Of a stretch of DNA of 36,381 nucleotides, positions 17,182 to 26,223 are shown piece after piece. The notes beneath the pieces are model-generated. The model searched no databases. It was given only the letters and a program-made list of their open reading frames with translations, and was not told the DNA's origin. Each line of letters begins with the position of its first letter. The first letter of the stretch is position 1. This DNA is from an uncultured Bacteroides sp. GTDB taxonomy: Bacteria > Bacteroidota > Bacteroidia > Bacteroidales > SM23-62. Position numbers and translations under genes: made by a program. The stretch covers positions 1 through 36,381 of the forward strand of contig CAZXOJ010000004.1 of assembly GCA_964642325.1 (NCBI GenBank), written 5' to 3'.

Positions 17182-18972
17182 ATGAGAAAAAGAATTTTTT
17201 CCATCCTCCCTCTGCTTCTGCTACTGGGATCCCTGGCATTTCCGGGATGCTCTTTCAATAAGGAGAACCCGGATATCACTACGGATGAATTGTTCCAACA
17301 TATCAGCTACCTGGCATCTGATTCTTTGAAGGGAAGGCTTCCTGGAACTGAAGAAGATCGGCTTGCAGCACTTTACATAGCTGATGAATTCAGTAAAGCG
17401 GGACTCCAACTGATGGCTGATGGTGGATTGCAGGCATTTGAAGTAATTACAGACCTGGAAACAGGCGCCGCTAATTACCTGAGGATTGGGAAAATGGATG
17501 CAGGATTATCAGACGATTTTGCCCCTTTCCCATTCACGGCAAATAAAGAATCATCCGCTGGAGTTGTTTTTGCAGGATACGGTTTTGAGATCGACAAAGA
17601 GGAGATCCAATGGAATGATTATGCAGGCCTCGATGTTACTGGCAAATGGGTGATGATCCTGCGGGGGAATGCAGAAATCGATTCCACAGTCTCTGTCTTC
17701 CATGCGTACAGCAATGAACGTGACAAAGCTATGCTGGCTAGTGATAAGGGAGCTGCAGGCGTATTGTTTATATCCGGACCGAACTTCGATCAGGAAGATA
17801 AGTTGATCAGCCTTGAAAGGCGGGAGGGTAAGGTAAGTATCCCGGCGATCCACATCAGCCGCAAAACAGCAGACCTCATCCTCTCATCCGCGGGGACCAG
17901 TGCAGGGGATATGGAAAATAAGCTCAACGCTTCCAGGGAACCTTCATCCTTCGGAATTGATATGACTGTTTCTGCAGGTGCAGAGGTTCAGCCAAGTACA
18001 ACCACAACATATAATGTTATAGCCTACCTGAAAGGAAGTAACCGGGAAACAGCAGATAAGCATATCGTCATAGGGGCCCATTATGACCATCTGGGGATGG
18101 GCGGAATGAGTAGTTCTTCAAGAAAACCGGATACCACAGCCGCCCATAACGGGGCTGATGATAATGCCTCAGGCGTGGCAGCCCTGCTTGAAATCGCTGA
18201 AGCAATTTCCCTGGGATCCGGGACAGCATCCAATTCCTACCTGTTTATCGCATTTGGTGCAGAAGAAATGGGCCTTCTGGGTTCAAAGTATTACGTAAAT
18301 AATCCCTTACTGCCCCTTGAAGAAATCAGGGTCATGATCAATCTTGACATGGTGGGACGCCTGCGGAACCAGCAACTCCAGGTCGGTGGTATCGGTACAG
18401 CCAAAGAAAGTGAAGAGATAGTCACCAGCCTCATACAGCATGACAGCCTGGATCTCAGTACTACCATGGAAGGATTTGGTGCTTCTGACCACAGCAGCTT
18501 CTATGGCAAGGATATCCCGGTATTGTTCCTGACAACTGGTGCCCACACAGATTATCACACCCCGGAGGATGATATAGAACAAATCAACCTTCAGGGGATG
18601 GTCAACATTTCAGATTATACCACCATGATAGCGCAGCATATCGACCAGATGGATTCATCCCTGAGTTACCAGGAAGCAGGACCGAAAGTCCGGTTTCAGG
18701 GACGCAGGGGTGGCCGGATCACACTGGGGATTATGCCGGATTTTACCGATAGTGACGACCAGGATGGAATGAGGGTTGATTTTGTAACACCTGGAAAACC
18801 AGCTTACAACGGAGGAATGAAGCAAGGGGATTACATCATGGCCATTGAAGGCCAGCCCGTCAACGGTATATATGATTATATGTACCGCCTTAAAAGTGTT
18901 AATAAGGGACAGATCATAGTGGTCACCGTCAAAAGAGATGAACAGGAACTGGATCTGCTGGTCCAGCTATAA
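17182..18972 (+). CDS. M28-family zinc aminopeptidase lipoprotein with PA domain and C-terminal PDZ domain
   Basis: Lipobox AFPGCS. M28 metal ligands HYDHLG, GADDNASG, GAEEMGLLGS, NLDMVG and SDHSSF. PDZ-like GGMKQGDYIMAIEGQPV. Confidence 0.85.
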   Translation: MRKRIFSILPLLLLLGSLAFPGCSFNKENPDITTDELFQHISYLASDSLKGRLPGTEEDRLAALYIADEFSKAGLQLMADGGLQAFEVITDLETGAANYLRIGKMDAGLSDDFAPFPFTANKESSAGVVFAGYGFEIDKEEIQWNDYAGLDVTGKWVMILRGNAEIDSTVSVFHAYSNERDKAMLASDKGAAGVLFISGPNFDQEDKLISLERREGKVSIPAIHISRKTADLILSSAGTSAGDMENKLNASREPSSFGIDMTVSAGAEVQPSTTTTYNVIAYLKGSNRETADKHIVIGAHYDHLGMGGMSSSSRKPDTTAAHNGADDNASGVAALLEIAEAISLGSGTASNSYLFIAFGAEEMGLLGSKYYVNNPLLPLEEIRVMINLDMVGRLRNQQLQVGGIGTAKESEEIVTSLIQHDSLDLSTTMEGFGASDHSSFYGKDIPVLFLTTGAHTDYHTPEDDIEQINLQGMVNISDYTTMIAQHIDQMDSSLSYQEAGPKVRFQGRRGGRITLGIMPDFTDSDDQDGMRVDFVTPGKPAYNGGMKQGDYIMAIEGQPVNGIYDYMYRLKSVNKGQIIVVTVKRDEQELDLLVQL

Positions 18973-18987
18973 TTATAAAATAATAAG

Positions 18988-19809
18988 ATGAAGAAAAAAA
19001 CGATATTCTGGATCCTGGCTGTTGTGATCACCATAGCCACGGTCATATACCAACGGAAAACGGGACCAACATATCCTGTAGACCGTAACATCGAGATAGG
19101 CACTACAAAAATCGAGGCTAGCCTTCCCAGGAGCCATGGCGGAAGTACAGAAAGGGAAATCAGCGTCACAGTTCCAGGGGATGATATCGAGGGTATGATC
19201 ATCTATAAAAGATATAAAACAGCTGATCCTCTTGACACCGTCCGGATGGTGATGCAGGGACAGGAGCTTATCGGCTTCCTGCCCAGCCAGCCACCTGCTG
19301 GTAAGCTGGAGTATACCGTCGTCCTGTTAAGCAATAACCAGGCTTACCCCGTTAACAAGGTGCCTGTTGTTATCCGATTTAAGGGATCTGTGCCGGCATT
19401 TGTATTGATACCGCATATCCTTTTTATTTTCACAGCCCAGTTGCTATCACTTGTAGCTGGACTTTTTGCTGTTTACCGTCTTCGCAGGTATAAATTATAC
19501 GGGATCCTCACCATTGTCTTCCTGTTTGTCGGCGGTTTTGTACTCGGACCCGTCATACAGAAATATGCTTTCGGTGCATACTGGACCGGTTTTCCTTTCG
19601 GACAGGACATGACGGACAACAAGGTGCTGGTTGCCCTGTTATTCTGGATCCTGGCTGTTGTGATGAACATCCGCAAAGACAGACCGGCGTATGCATGGAT
19701 TGCTGCCCTTGTTTTTTTCCTCGTAAATATGATCCCCCACAGCATGTTCGGGTCAGAGCTTGACTATGAAACAGGCGTGGTCAACACCGGTATGATGTTG
19801 CTCTTCTGA
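18988..19809 (+). CDS. Hypothetical integral membrane protein (273 aa)
   Basis: N-terminal anchor, a soluble segment of about 120 aa, then 4-5 TM helices. The start is 15 nt after the peptidase stop. Confidence 0.65.
   Translation: MKKKTIFWILAVVITIATVIYQRKTGPTYPVDRNIEIGTTKIEASLPRSHGGSTEREISVTVPGDDIEGMIIYKRYKTADPLDTVRMVMQGQELIGFLPSQPPAGKLEYTVVLLSNNQAYPVNKVPVVIRFKGSVPAFVLIPHILFIFTAQLLSLVAGLFAVYRLRRYKLYGILTIVFLFVGGFVLGPVIQKYAFGAYWTGFPFGQDMTDNKVLVALLFWILAVVMNIRKDRPAYAWIAALVFFLVNMIPHSMFGSELDYETGVVNTGMMLLF
19005..19028. repeat. 24-nt perfect direct repeat, copy 1 (ATTCTGGATCCTGGCTGTTGTGAT)
   Basis: Identical to 19641..19664. Both copies are in the same codon phase of the same gene and encode FWILAVV. 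Confidence 0.9.
19641..19664. repeat. 24-nt perfect direct repeat, copy 2
   Basis: Identical to 19005..19028. The offset is 636 nt (212 codons). Confidence 0.9.
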
Positions 19810-19900
19810 GCATTGTGTGGGACTGCTAGATGATTCTGCCTTTTTTTTTTCGTAATTTGCAGCAGAAAGAAATAAGTACTCGTCTTTATACCAGAATTGA

Positions 19901-20458
19901 ATGGCAAAAGAGCCAGCGTATCCCAATATTCATCAGGATCTAATAGACAAATGCAGGGACAAAGACCGGAGCGCTCAGTTTGAGATCTACGGTTTGTATT
20001 ACAAGGCCATGTATAATACAAGTCTCAGGATGGTCAAAGATCCGGGTGAAGCAGAGGATATCATGCAGGAATCCTTTTTGTCAGCCTTTGAAAAGATTGA
20101 AACGTACAGCGGTACGGTGAGTTTCGGGGCCTGGTTAAAAAAAATCGTAATCAACCGGTCCCTCGACAGCCTGAAAAAGCGCAGACTGTCATTTGAAATA
20201 CTGGAAGAAAGAAATATTCCGGACCGGGATGAGGGTAGTGATGATGATTACATCAGTGACAGGATAGAAGAGATAAGGGAAGCCATCATGAGACTGCCGG
20301 ACGGATTCAGGGTGGTGCTTACCCTCTACCTGCTCGAGGGTTATGACCACGAGGAGATAGCACAGATCCTGGATATCAACCCTTCCACATCCAGGTCACA
20401 ATTCACAAGGGCCAGGCAGAAACTGGTAGAAATGCTAAAAAAAAGTAGCCATGAATAA
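19901..20458 (+). CDS. ECF-type RNA polymerase sigma-70 factor
   Basis: Region 2 (DIMQESFLSAF, AWLKKIVINRSLD) and region 4 helix-turn-helix (EEIAQILDINPSTSRSQFTRARQKL). Confidence 0.9.
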   Translation: MAKEPAYPNIHQDLIDKCRDKDRSAQFEIYGLYYKAMYNTSLRMVKDPGEAEDIMQESFLSAFEKIETYSGTVSFGAWLKKIVINRSLDSLKKRRLSFEILEERNIPDRDEGSDDDYISDRIEEIREAIMRLPDGFRVVLTLYLLEGYDHEEIAQILDINPSTSRSQFTRARQKLVEMLKKSSHE

Positions 20459-21011
20459 GCTTGAGAAGCAAATACAGGAAAATCGGCAGAGATTTGACAG
20501 CCAGGAGCCATCTTCAGGTCACATGGAAAGGTTTGAGCAAAAATTGCACAAACAGAAGTCCAGGTCCCTCTTCTCCCGCATTCCATACGTCCTGAAAGCA
20601 GCTGTTGTTTTACTTTTAGTCGCCTTGTCCAGCATTCTCATATATGAACAGGCCCGAATTTACTATCAGGACCAGCGGGTATTATCCCTTCAGGATATAT
20701 CCCAGGAGTTCGGTGAGGCTGAATTCTACTATACCTCTTTGATAAACAATAAGTACCAGGAGATCAACAAGCTTAACATTGATAATCCTAAACAAAGGGA
20801 AATGCTGATGTTTGAATTAGAGGAAATGGACAAATTGTTCCATTCTCTTCAGAAAGACTTCCAGTCCAATCCCAACGATCAGCGGGTCATCAATGCAATG
20901 ATCTCACATTACCAGCTTAAGTTGGAGGTAATGAGCCAGATTATAAGTCAATTGGAAGAAGTAAACCAGGTAAATAATAAATATAAAAATCATGAAAGCA
21001 AAGAAATTTAA
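20451..21011 (+). CDS. Putative anti-sigma factor (single-pass membrane protein)
   Basis: Overlaps the sigma gene stop by 8 nt. It has a short cytoplasmic N-terminus, one TM helix (VLKAAVVLLLVALSSILIY) and a coiled-coil C-terminus. No HxxxCxxC zinc motif is visible. The function is assigned from position only. Confidence 0.5.
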   Translation: MNKLEKQIQENRQRFDSQEPSSGHMERFEQKLHKQKSRSLFSRIPYVLKAAVVLLLVALSSILIYEQARIYYQDQRVLSLQDISQEFGEAEFYYTSLINNKYQEINKLNIDNPKQREMLMFELEEMDKLFHSLQKDFQSNPNDQRVINAMISHYQLKLEVMSQIISQLEEVNQVNNKYKNHESKEI

Positions 21012-22062
21012 CATTCTGTTGCTTGGCGTTCTCTTAGGATTAACACCGATCTTAACCAGCGCCCAGGATCAAGTAACAAAAGAGTTTCACGAAGAATATG
21101 GAACAGCGGATTATTCCAAACTGATCCTGCATAATAAATATGGTAATGTTGACATCCAGAACTGGGACTCGCAAAAGATCAAGATCGATGTTATCGTGAA
21201 AGTTAAAAACTCGAATGAAGACAGGGCACAAAAGATGCTTGATCAGATCAATGTCAAGTTCAGTACAGAAGGCAAATCGGTTAAAGCTGAAACTGTATTC
21301 GAAGACAGGTTCAGGTCCAACAACGGGAACAATGAGTTCGAGATCAATTATGCGGTCCAGATACCGAAAGACCTCGACCTGGAACTCAGTAATAAATACG
21401 GCCATGCCTTCCTGGATGAACTTAGTGGCCATGCCCAGATTGAAATAAGGTATGGTAAACTGACAGTTAATAAGCTAACCAGGGGACAGGTAAAACCGTT
21501 GAATACAGTCACCCTGGCTTATGCCAGTGGCAGCAATATAGGTGAGTGCAGCTGGCTCAAGGCTAATATCAAATATTCAAGCCTGGATATTAAGAAGGCA
21601 AAGGCTTTTGTTGGCTATACCAGTTATATGAAACTCAGCATTGAAGAGGCCAGTTCTGTTGTCATAGAAGGCAAATATGACGGCTACAAATTCGGTAAAT
21701 TATCCAATCTTGTTGTCAAATCAAGTTATTCAGACATCGAAGCTGACGAATTAAGCAAAAAACTGGAGGCTGATACCAGGTATTCAAAATGCGAGATCGA
21801 GTATATGCCACCTACATTCGAATCAGTCAATGTTGAGGCCAAATACGGGGGATATAAAATCGGACTGGACGAGAAGGCCTCATATGAACTGGACGGTGAG
21901 ACATCCTACGCAAAGATCAGCTATCATGACAGCGGTGGCAAGATTAGCAGGATACAGGAAAGCAATAAAATGAAGGTTTATGGCAACATAGGCGCAGATG
22001 AGAATCCTTCGGCTACTGTAAATGTTAATACGAGCTACGCCAATGTGAGGCTAGACTATTAG
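20992..22062 (+). CDS. Secreted beta-solenoid repeat protein (DUF4097/putative-adhesin-like)
   Basis: Signal peptide, plus at least 10 periodic Tyr-centred repeats (KYGNVDI, KYGHAFL, RYGKLTV, KYSSLDI, SYMKLSI, SYSDIEA, RYSKCEI, KYGGYKI, SYAKISY, SYANVRL). Overlaps the anti-sigma gene by 20 nt. Confidence 0.6.
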   Translation: MKAKKFNILLLGVLLGLTPILTSAQDQVTKEFHEEYGTADYSKLILHNKYGNVDIQNWDSQKIKIDVIVKVKNSNEDRAQKMLDQINVKFSTEGKSVKAETVFEDRFRSNNGNNEFEINYAVQIPKDLDLELSNKYGHAFLDELSGHAQIEIRYGKLTVNKLTRGQVKPLNTVTLAYASGSNIGECSWLKANIKYSSLDIKKAKAFVGYTSYMKLSIEEASSVVIEGKYDGYKFGKLSNLVVKSSYSDIEADELSKKLEADTRYSKCEIEYMPPTFESVNVEAKYGGYKIGLDEKASYELDGETSYAKISYHDSGGKISRIQESNKMKVYGNIGADENPSATVNVNTSYANVRLDY

Positions 22063-22082
22063 GATATCAAGTAAATTCTTGT

Positions 22083-22135
22083 ACCCGTCAGGCAAACCCA
22101 GTGTAAAACAGGGTAAGGCTTGACGGGTTTTTTTT
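22083..22135 (+). terminator. Rho-independent terminator candidate after the ECF module
   Basis: ACCCGTCAGGC (22083..22093) pairs with GCTTGACGGGT (22118..22128), giving an 11-bp stem with one G-U pair. There is an inner CCC/GGG pairing in the 24-nt loop. The stem is followed by a run of eight T. Confidence 0.6.
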
Positions 22136-22149
22136 GTAATTTAACCATC

Positions 22150-22170
22150 TAAAGTACTAATTGTACTTTA
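22150..22170. promoter_or_regulatory. 21-nt palindrome TAAAGTAC-TAATT-GTACTTTA, 14 nt upstream of the next gene
   Basis: Perfect 8-bp arms read directly from the sequence. It lies between the terminator and the ATG at 22184. Confidence 0.25.
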
Positions 22171-22183
22171 ACTAGTCTGGTTC

Positions 22184-24412
22184 ATGAAATTTCACCCCCT
22201 GCCCTGCCTTATCTGTTTATTATGCTTTCCGGCAACGGTCCTGGGATATCCTGATCTCGATTACATTTATGAGCACCAGGAAACCACAGATCCAATCACC
22301 ATTGATGGGATACTCTCTGAAGAGATCTGGAGCAGGTTGCCGGTGGCCGGTGGATTCTGGATGAGCTACCCGGTGGATGACCGGAGGGTGGAGGTAGACC
22401 TGCGTACCGAAGTAAGGGTCACATTTGATAAGCAGTTCCTGTATATTGGAGCAGAATGCTATGGAACAGATGATTATGTGATCAAAACCCTTAAAAGGGA
22501 TGCAGAGTTCTGGGACGGAGATGGATTTGGGGTGGTCATAGATCCTGTAAACGAAAAGACCAATGGCTTTACTTTTGGGGTTTCTCCTGCCGGGGTCCAG
22601 ACCGAATACCTGGTAACAGGGCAAACGGGGAGAAGGACAGATCCCGAACCTGGCCGAAGCCGGCGGGGGGTCAATATGGCCTGGGATAACAAATGGTTTT
22701 GCGAGGTAAGCAACCATTCCGACCGTTGGATCGTGGAGATTGCCATTCCGTATAAAACCCTGCGTTTCGATAAAGAAAAAGACCAGTGGGGAATCAATTT
22801 TTTCCGAAGGGATGCGAGATCGAACAGCATTCATACCTGGGCACCGGTCCCCATAGAATTTAATGAAGAAGACCTGGGGTATTTGGGTGTATTAAACTGG
22901 AATGAACCTCCGGCAAAAGCCAGCAGGAACTTTGCTCTGATTCCCTATGTACGTGGTACCACAGCTAAGGATTATGAGGCAGACACACCGGCGGAATATG
23001 ACTTCCAGGCCGGACTTGATGCCAAGGTTCCTGTTACCTCCAGCCTGAACCTGGATCTAACAGTAAACCCGGATTTTTCACAGGTCGAGGTGGATGAACA
23101 GGTGATTAACCTTACGCTATTTGACATCCGCCTTCCCGAAAAACGTGTCTTCTTTCTGGAAAACAGCGATGTCTTTGAAGATTTCGGGATTCCTCCCATG
23201 AAACCGTTCTTCTCCCGGAGGATAGGATTGGATAATGATGGAAATCCCATCCCCATCCTCTACGGAGCAAGGTTAAGCGGCAATGTAAACCAGAATCTCC
23301 GCATCGGAGCCATGAACCTGCAGACCAGGGAAACGGAACAATTCCTTCCCCAGAATTATACCGTGGCAGCCTTCCATCAGCAGGTGCTTGAACGGTCTGT
23401 AATCAAGGGATATTTCCATAACAGGGATGCCCTGCGAAGTGAGCATCCCGATTATAACCGTAACATGGGACTTGAGTTCCAGTACCGCTCTGCCGACGGA
23501 CGTTTCCAAACCTTTGCAGGGTATTCCAAATCTTTCAGTCCGGGTCTAAAAAAGAAAGATTATTTCTACAACACAGGTATAGGATATGACAACCGGAACC
23601 TGAGTATTTACTCCAACCTGGCGGGACTTGGGAAGAACTACAGGGCGGACATGGGGTATATTCGGGGACAAAAATACTATGATGCTGAAAGGGATACCTC
23701 TGTCTATATCGGTTTTAACCACTGGTATACCCGGTTTTCTTATACTTTCTATCCGGAAAAGAATGACCGGATCATCTCCCACGTGATCAATGCAAGATAT
23801 TCCTATGACAGCGATACAACATTTTCACTGCTGAACAGCGATATCGAAGCCGGATATACACTTAAATTCTCCTCCACCGCCAACGTAGGGATATCCTACA
23901 ATTACAATGTGGTCAACCTCCTCTTTCCTTTTACTTTTATTAATAATGAACCCTTACCGGCTGGCATATATCCCTATGGCCAGGCAAAGATCAGGCTACA
24001 GTCAGACCAGCGCAGATTGTTCAGTATCATGGGGAGTGTATCCTATGGGGGATTTTTTAACGGGACACAGCTACAATATATCCTGGGGGTCAAGTTCCGG
24101 GCCCAGCCCTGGGGTAATTTCTCAGTGAATGTTGAACAAAACGACCTGTCGTTTCCGGAACCATATGGAAAAGACAGATTACTCCTTATCAGTCCCCGTA
24201 CAGAGATCAACTTCTCCAGGAAGCTTTTCTGGACAACTTTTCTTCAGTACAATACCCAGGATGATAATTTTAACATCAACAGCCGCTTACAGTGGCGCTT
24301 CAAGCCCATGTCAGACCTGTATATCGTCTACACGGACAACTATGCCGTTGAATTCTGGGGACCCAAGCACAGGGCGCTGACCATCAAACTGAATTACTGG
24401 TTCAATATGTAA
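22184..24412 (+). CDS. CBM9-like/DUF5916-type outer-membrane-associated protein (742 aa)
   Basis: Signal peptide. The N-terminal segment (DGILSEEIW...FLYIGAECY...DGFGVVIDP) resembles the carbohydrate-binding family 9-like domain. The long C-terminal region is rich in alternating aromatic beta-strand patterns and ends in an aromatic-rich YWFNM. Recognised by eye. Confidence 0.6.
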   Translation: MKFHPLPCLICLLCFPATVLGYPDLDYIYEHQETTDPITIDGILSEEIWSRLPVAGGFWMSYPVDDRRVEVDLRTEVRVTFDKQFLYIGAECYGTDDYVIKTLKRDAEFWDGDGFGVVIDPVNEKTNGFTFGVSPAGVQTEYLVTGQTGRRTDPEPGRSRRGVNMAWDNKWFCEVSNHSDRWIVEIAIPYKTLRFDKEKDQWGINFFRRDARSNSIHTWAPVPIEFNEEDLGYLGVLNWNEPPAKASRNFALIPYVRGTTAKDYEADTPAEYDFQAGLDAKVPVTSSLNLDLTVNPDFSQVEVDEQVINLTLFDIRLPEKRVFFLENSDVFEDFGIPPMKPFFSRRIGLDNDGNPIPILYGARLSGNVNQNLRIGAMNLQTRETEQFLPQNYTVAAFHQQVLERSVIKGYFHNRDALRSEHPDYNRNMGLEFQYRSADGRFQTFAGYSKSFSPGLKKKDYFYNTGIGYDNRNLSIYSNLAGLGKNYRADMGYIRGQKYYDAERDTSVYIGFNHWYTRFSYTFYPEKNDRIISHVINARYSYDSDTTFSLLNSDIEAGYTLKFSSTANVGISYNYNVVNLLFPFTFINNEPLPAGIYPYGQAKIRLQSDQRRLFSIMGSVSYGGFFNGTQLQYILGVKFRAQPWGNFSVNVEQNDLSFPEPYGKDRLLLISPRTEINFSRKLFWTTFLQYNTQDDNFNINSRLQWRFKPMSDLYIVYTDNYAVEFWGPKHRALTIKLNYWFNM

Positions 24413-24443
24413 TCCCATAGAACTCACGTTAAGTTTATGTATT

Positions 24444-25409
24444 ATGAAAACATCCCTGATAGCCTTGATAACCATTTTAAGCCTCCAGTTTTCCCTCGGC
24501 CAGGAAAAACCCGCGTACGCCATTGTCATCCACGGAGGCGCCGGGAATATCAGTCCCCAGTTCATCTCCTCCGAAAGGGCCGAAGCCCTGTCTGAGAAAT
24601 TGACTGAAGTCCTGGAAAAGGGCATCACGATACTGGACTCAGGAGGAACAAGCCTGGATGCAGTTGAAGCTGTCATTCGTATCATGGAGGATTCGCCCCT
24701 GTTCAATGCTGGAAAGGGTGCCGTATTCACACATGAAGGTAAAAACGAGATGGATGCTTCCATTATGGATGGTAAAACCTTAAATACCGGAGCGGTAGCC
24801 GGTATAGGGGATATCAAAAATCCCATCTCAGCCGCCCGGATAGTGATGGAAAAATCACCCCACGTTTTGCTCAGTGGCAAAGGGGCATCCCGCTTTGTGG
24901 CCAGCCAGGGCGGAGTCGTTGTGGACAGCAATTATTTCTATACCGAAAGACGCTGGAAACAGCTGCAGCAACAACTTGAAAAAGCCCAGGTAGAAAAGTA
25001 TGGCACTGTCGGATGTGTGGCACTTGACAGGGATGGGAACCTGGCGGCCGGAACATCCACGGGCGGAATGAGCAATAAACGCTATGGAAGGATTGGGGAC
25101 TCCCCCATCATTGGTGCCGGAAATTATGCCAATAACAATAGCTGCGCTGTTTCAGCTACCGGTCATGGAGAATTCTTTATCCGGTATACCGTGGCACATG
25201 ACATCTCCGCAATGATGCAATACGGTGGTCTTACCTTGCAGGAAGCCACCTCCGCAGTCATCCAGGATAAGCTCAAGGAAGCCGGGGGCAAAGGGGGCGT
25301 AATTTGTGTTGACAGACAGGGAAATATAGCCATGGAATTCAATACTTCCGGAATGCTCAGGGCATATGCCACCGCCCATGGAGAAAAAGCGGTTAAGGTG
25401 TTCGAGTAA
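24444..25409 (+). CDS. iaaA: Isoaspartyl peptidase / L-asparaginase (Ntn hydrolase), secreted
   Basis: Signal peptide, IVIHGGAGN, the autoprocessing site GTVGCVALD (Thr nucleophile), and GAGNYA. Confidence 0.9.
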   Translation: MKTSLIALITILSLQFSLGQEKPAYAIVIHGGAGNISPQFISSERAEALSEKLTEVLEKGITILDSGGTSLDAVEAVIRIMEDSPLFNAGKGAVFTHEGKNEMDASIMDGKTLNTGAVAGIGDIKNPISAARIVMEKSPHVLLSGKGASRFVASQGGVVVDSNYFYTERRWKQLQQQLEKAQVEKYGTVGCVALDRDGNLAAGTSTGGMSNKRYGRIGDSPIIGAGNYANNNSCAVSATGHGEFFIRYTVAHDISAMMQYGGLTLQEATSAVIQDKLKEAGGKGGVICVDRQGNIAMEFNTSGMLRAYATAHGEKAVKVFE

Positions 25410-26214
25410 CGATGAACCATGGATTGAAAAGATCTTCCTTATTGTAGGAAAGGTCATCTTCCTTATTATGGATCTTAACCGAACATCCTGAGGCCCGGGC
25501 TATGGCATGGCCGGCTGCAGTGTCCCATTCCATTGTGGGACCGAAACGGGGGTATATATCCGCTGTCCCTTCAGCCATAAGGCAAAATTTCAGGGAGCTG
25601 CCGGTGGAGACAAACTTGAGGCCGGGATGGTCTTTTTGCAGCCCTTTGATAAACATATCCGTCTGCTCATTCCTGTGTGATCGGCTGGCTATAGCTGTAT
25701 ACGGTCTGCGAGGAATTTTTCCTGGTAATTTTTCTGCATGTTCCATCAAATTATCCAGGTTTTGAATAGATCCGTCCTTTTTTGAATACGCTGTTATCCT
25801 GAACGCACCGATGAGATCTGAAGCAAAATACATGGTATCCTGGCAGGGTGCATAAATAACACCCATTACTGGTACCTGCTCCTCTATCAATGCTATGTTC
25901 ACTGTAAATTCATCATTTCTTCGGATGAACTCCTTGGTACCGTCCAGGGGATCGACCAGCCAGAACTTTTTCCACTGTTTCCTGACCTGATAAGGGACTT
26001 CTTTCCCTTCTTCTGACAGGATGGGTATAGCTGAGGGATCCAAATGCGCTGTAATGATCCTGTGGGAGGCATAATCTGCTTCGGTAACCGGTGAAAGATC
26101 TTTCTTCAATTCAGTCTCAAATACATTTTTCCTGTAGACTTCCATGATGGACAGTCCACCTGCAAAAGCAGTATGTACCGCTAACAACATGTGTTCTTGT
26201 GATCGCTCCATCAT
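25393..26214 (-). CDS. cysQ: 3'(2'),5'-bisphosphate nucleotidase CysQ (inositol monophosphatase superfamily)
   Basis: Motifs LSEEG, WLVDPLDGTKEF and WDTAAGHAI. The 3' end overlaps the convergent asparaginase gene by 17 nt. Confidence 0.85.
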   Translation of the reverse strand: MMERSQEHMLLAVHTAFAGGLSIMEVYRKNVFETELKKDLSPVTEADYASHRIITAHLDPSAIPILSEEGKEVPYQVRKQWKKFWLVDPLDGTKEFIRRNDEFTVNIALIEEQVPVMGVIYAPCQDTMYFASDLIGAFRITAYSKKDGSIQNLDNLMEHAEKLPGKIPRRPYTAIASRSHRNEQTDMFIKGLQKDHPGLKFVSTGSSLKFCLMAEGTADIYPRFGPTMEWDTAAGHAIARASGCSVKIHNKEDDLSYNKEDLFNPWFIVTRTP

Positions 26215-26223
26215 GTAAAATGG

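Noticed and set aside
19841-19850. Run of ten T after the membrane-protein gene, considered as an intrinsic terminator.
   Set aside because: There is no stable GC-rich hairpin immediately upstream. The only pairing I found (TTCTGC with GCAGAA) places the T-run in the loop. It is more likely part of the AT-rich promoter region of the ECF sigma gene.
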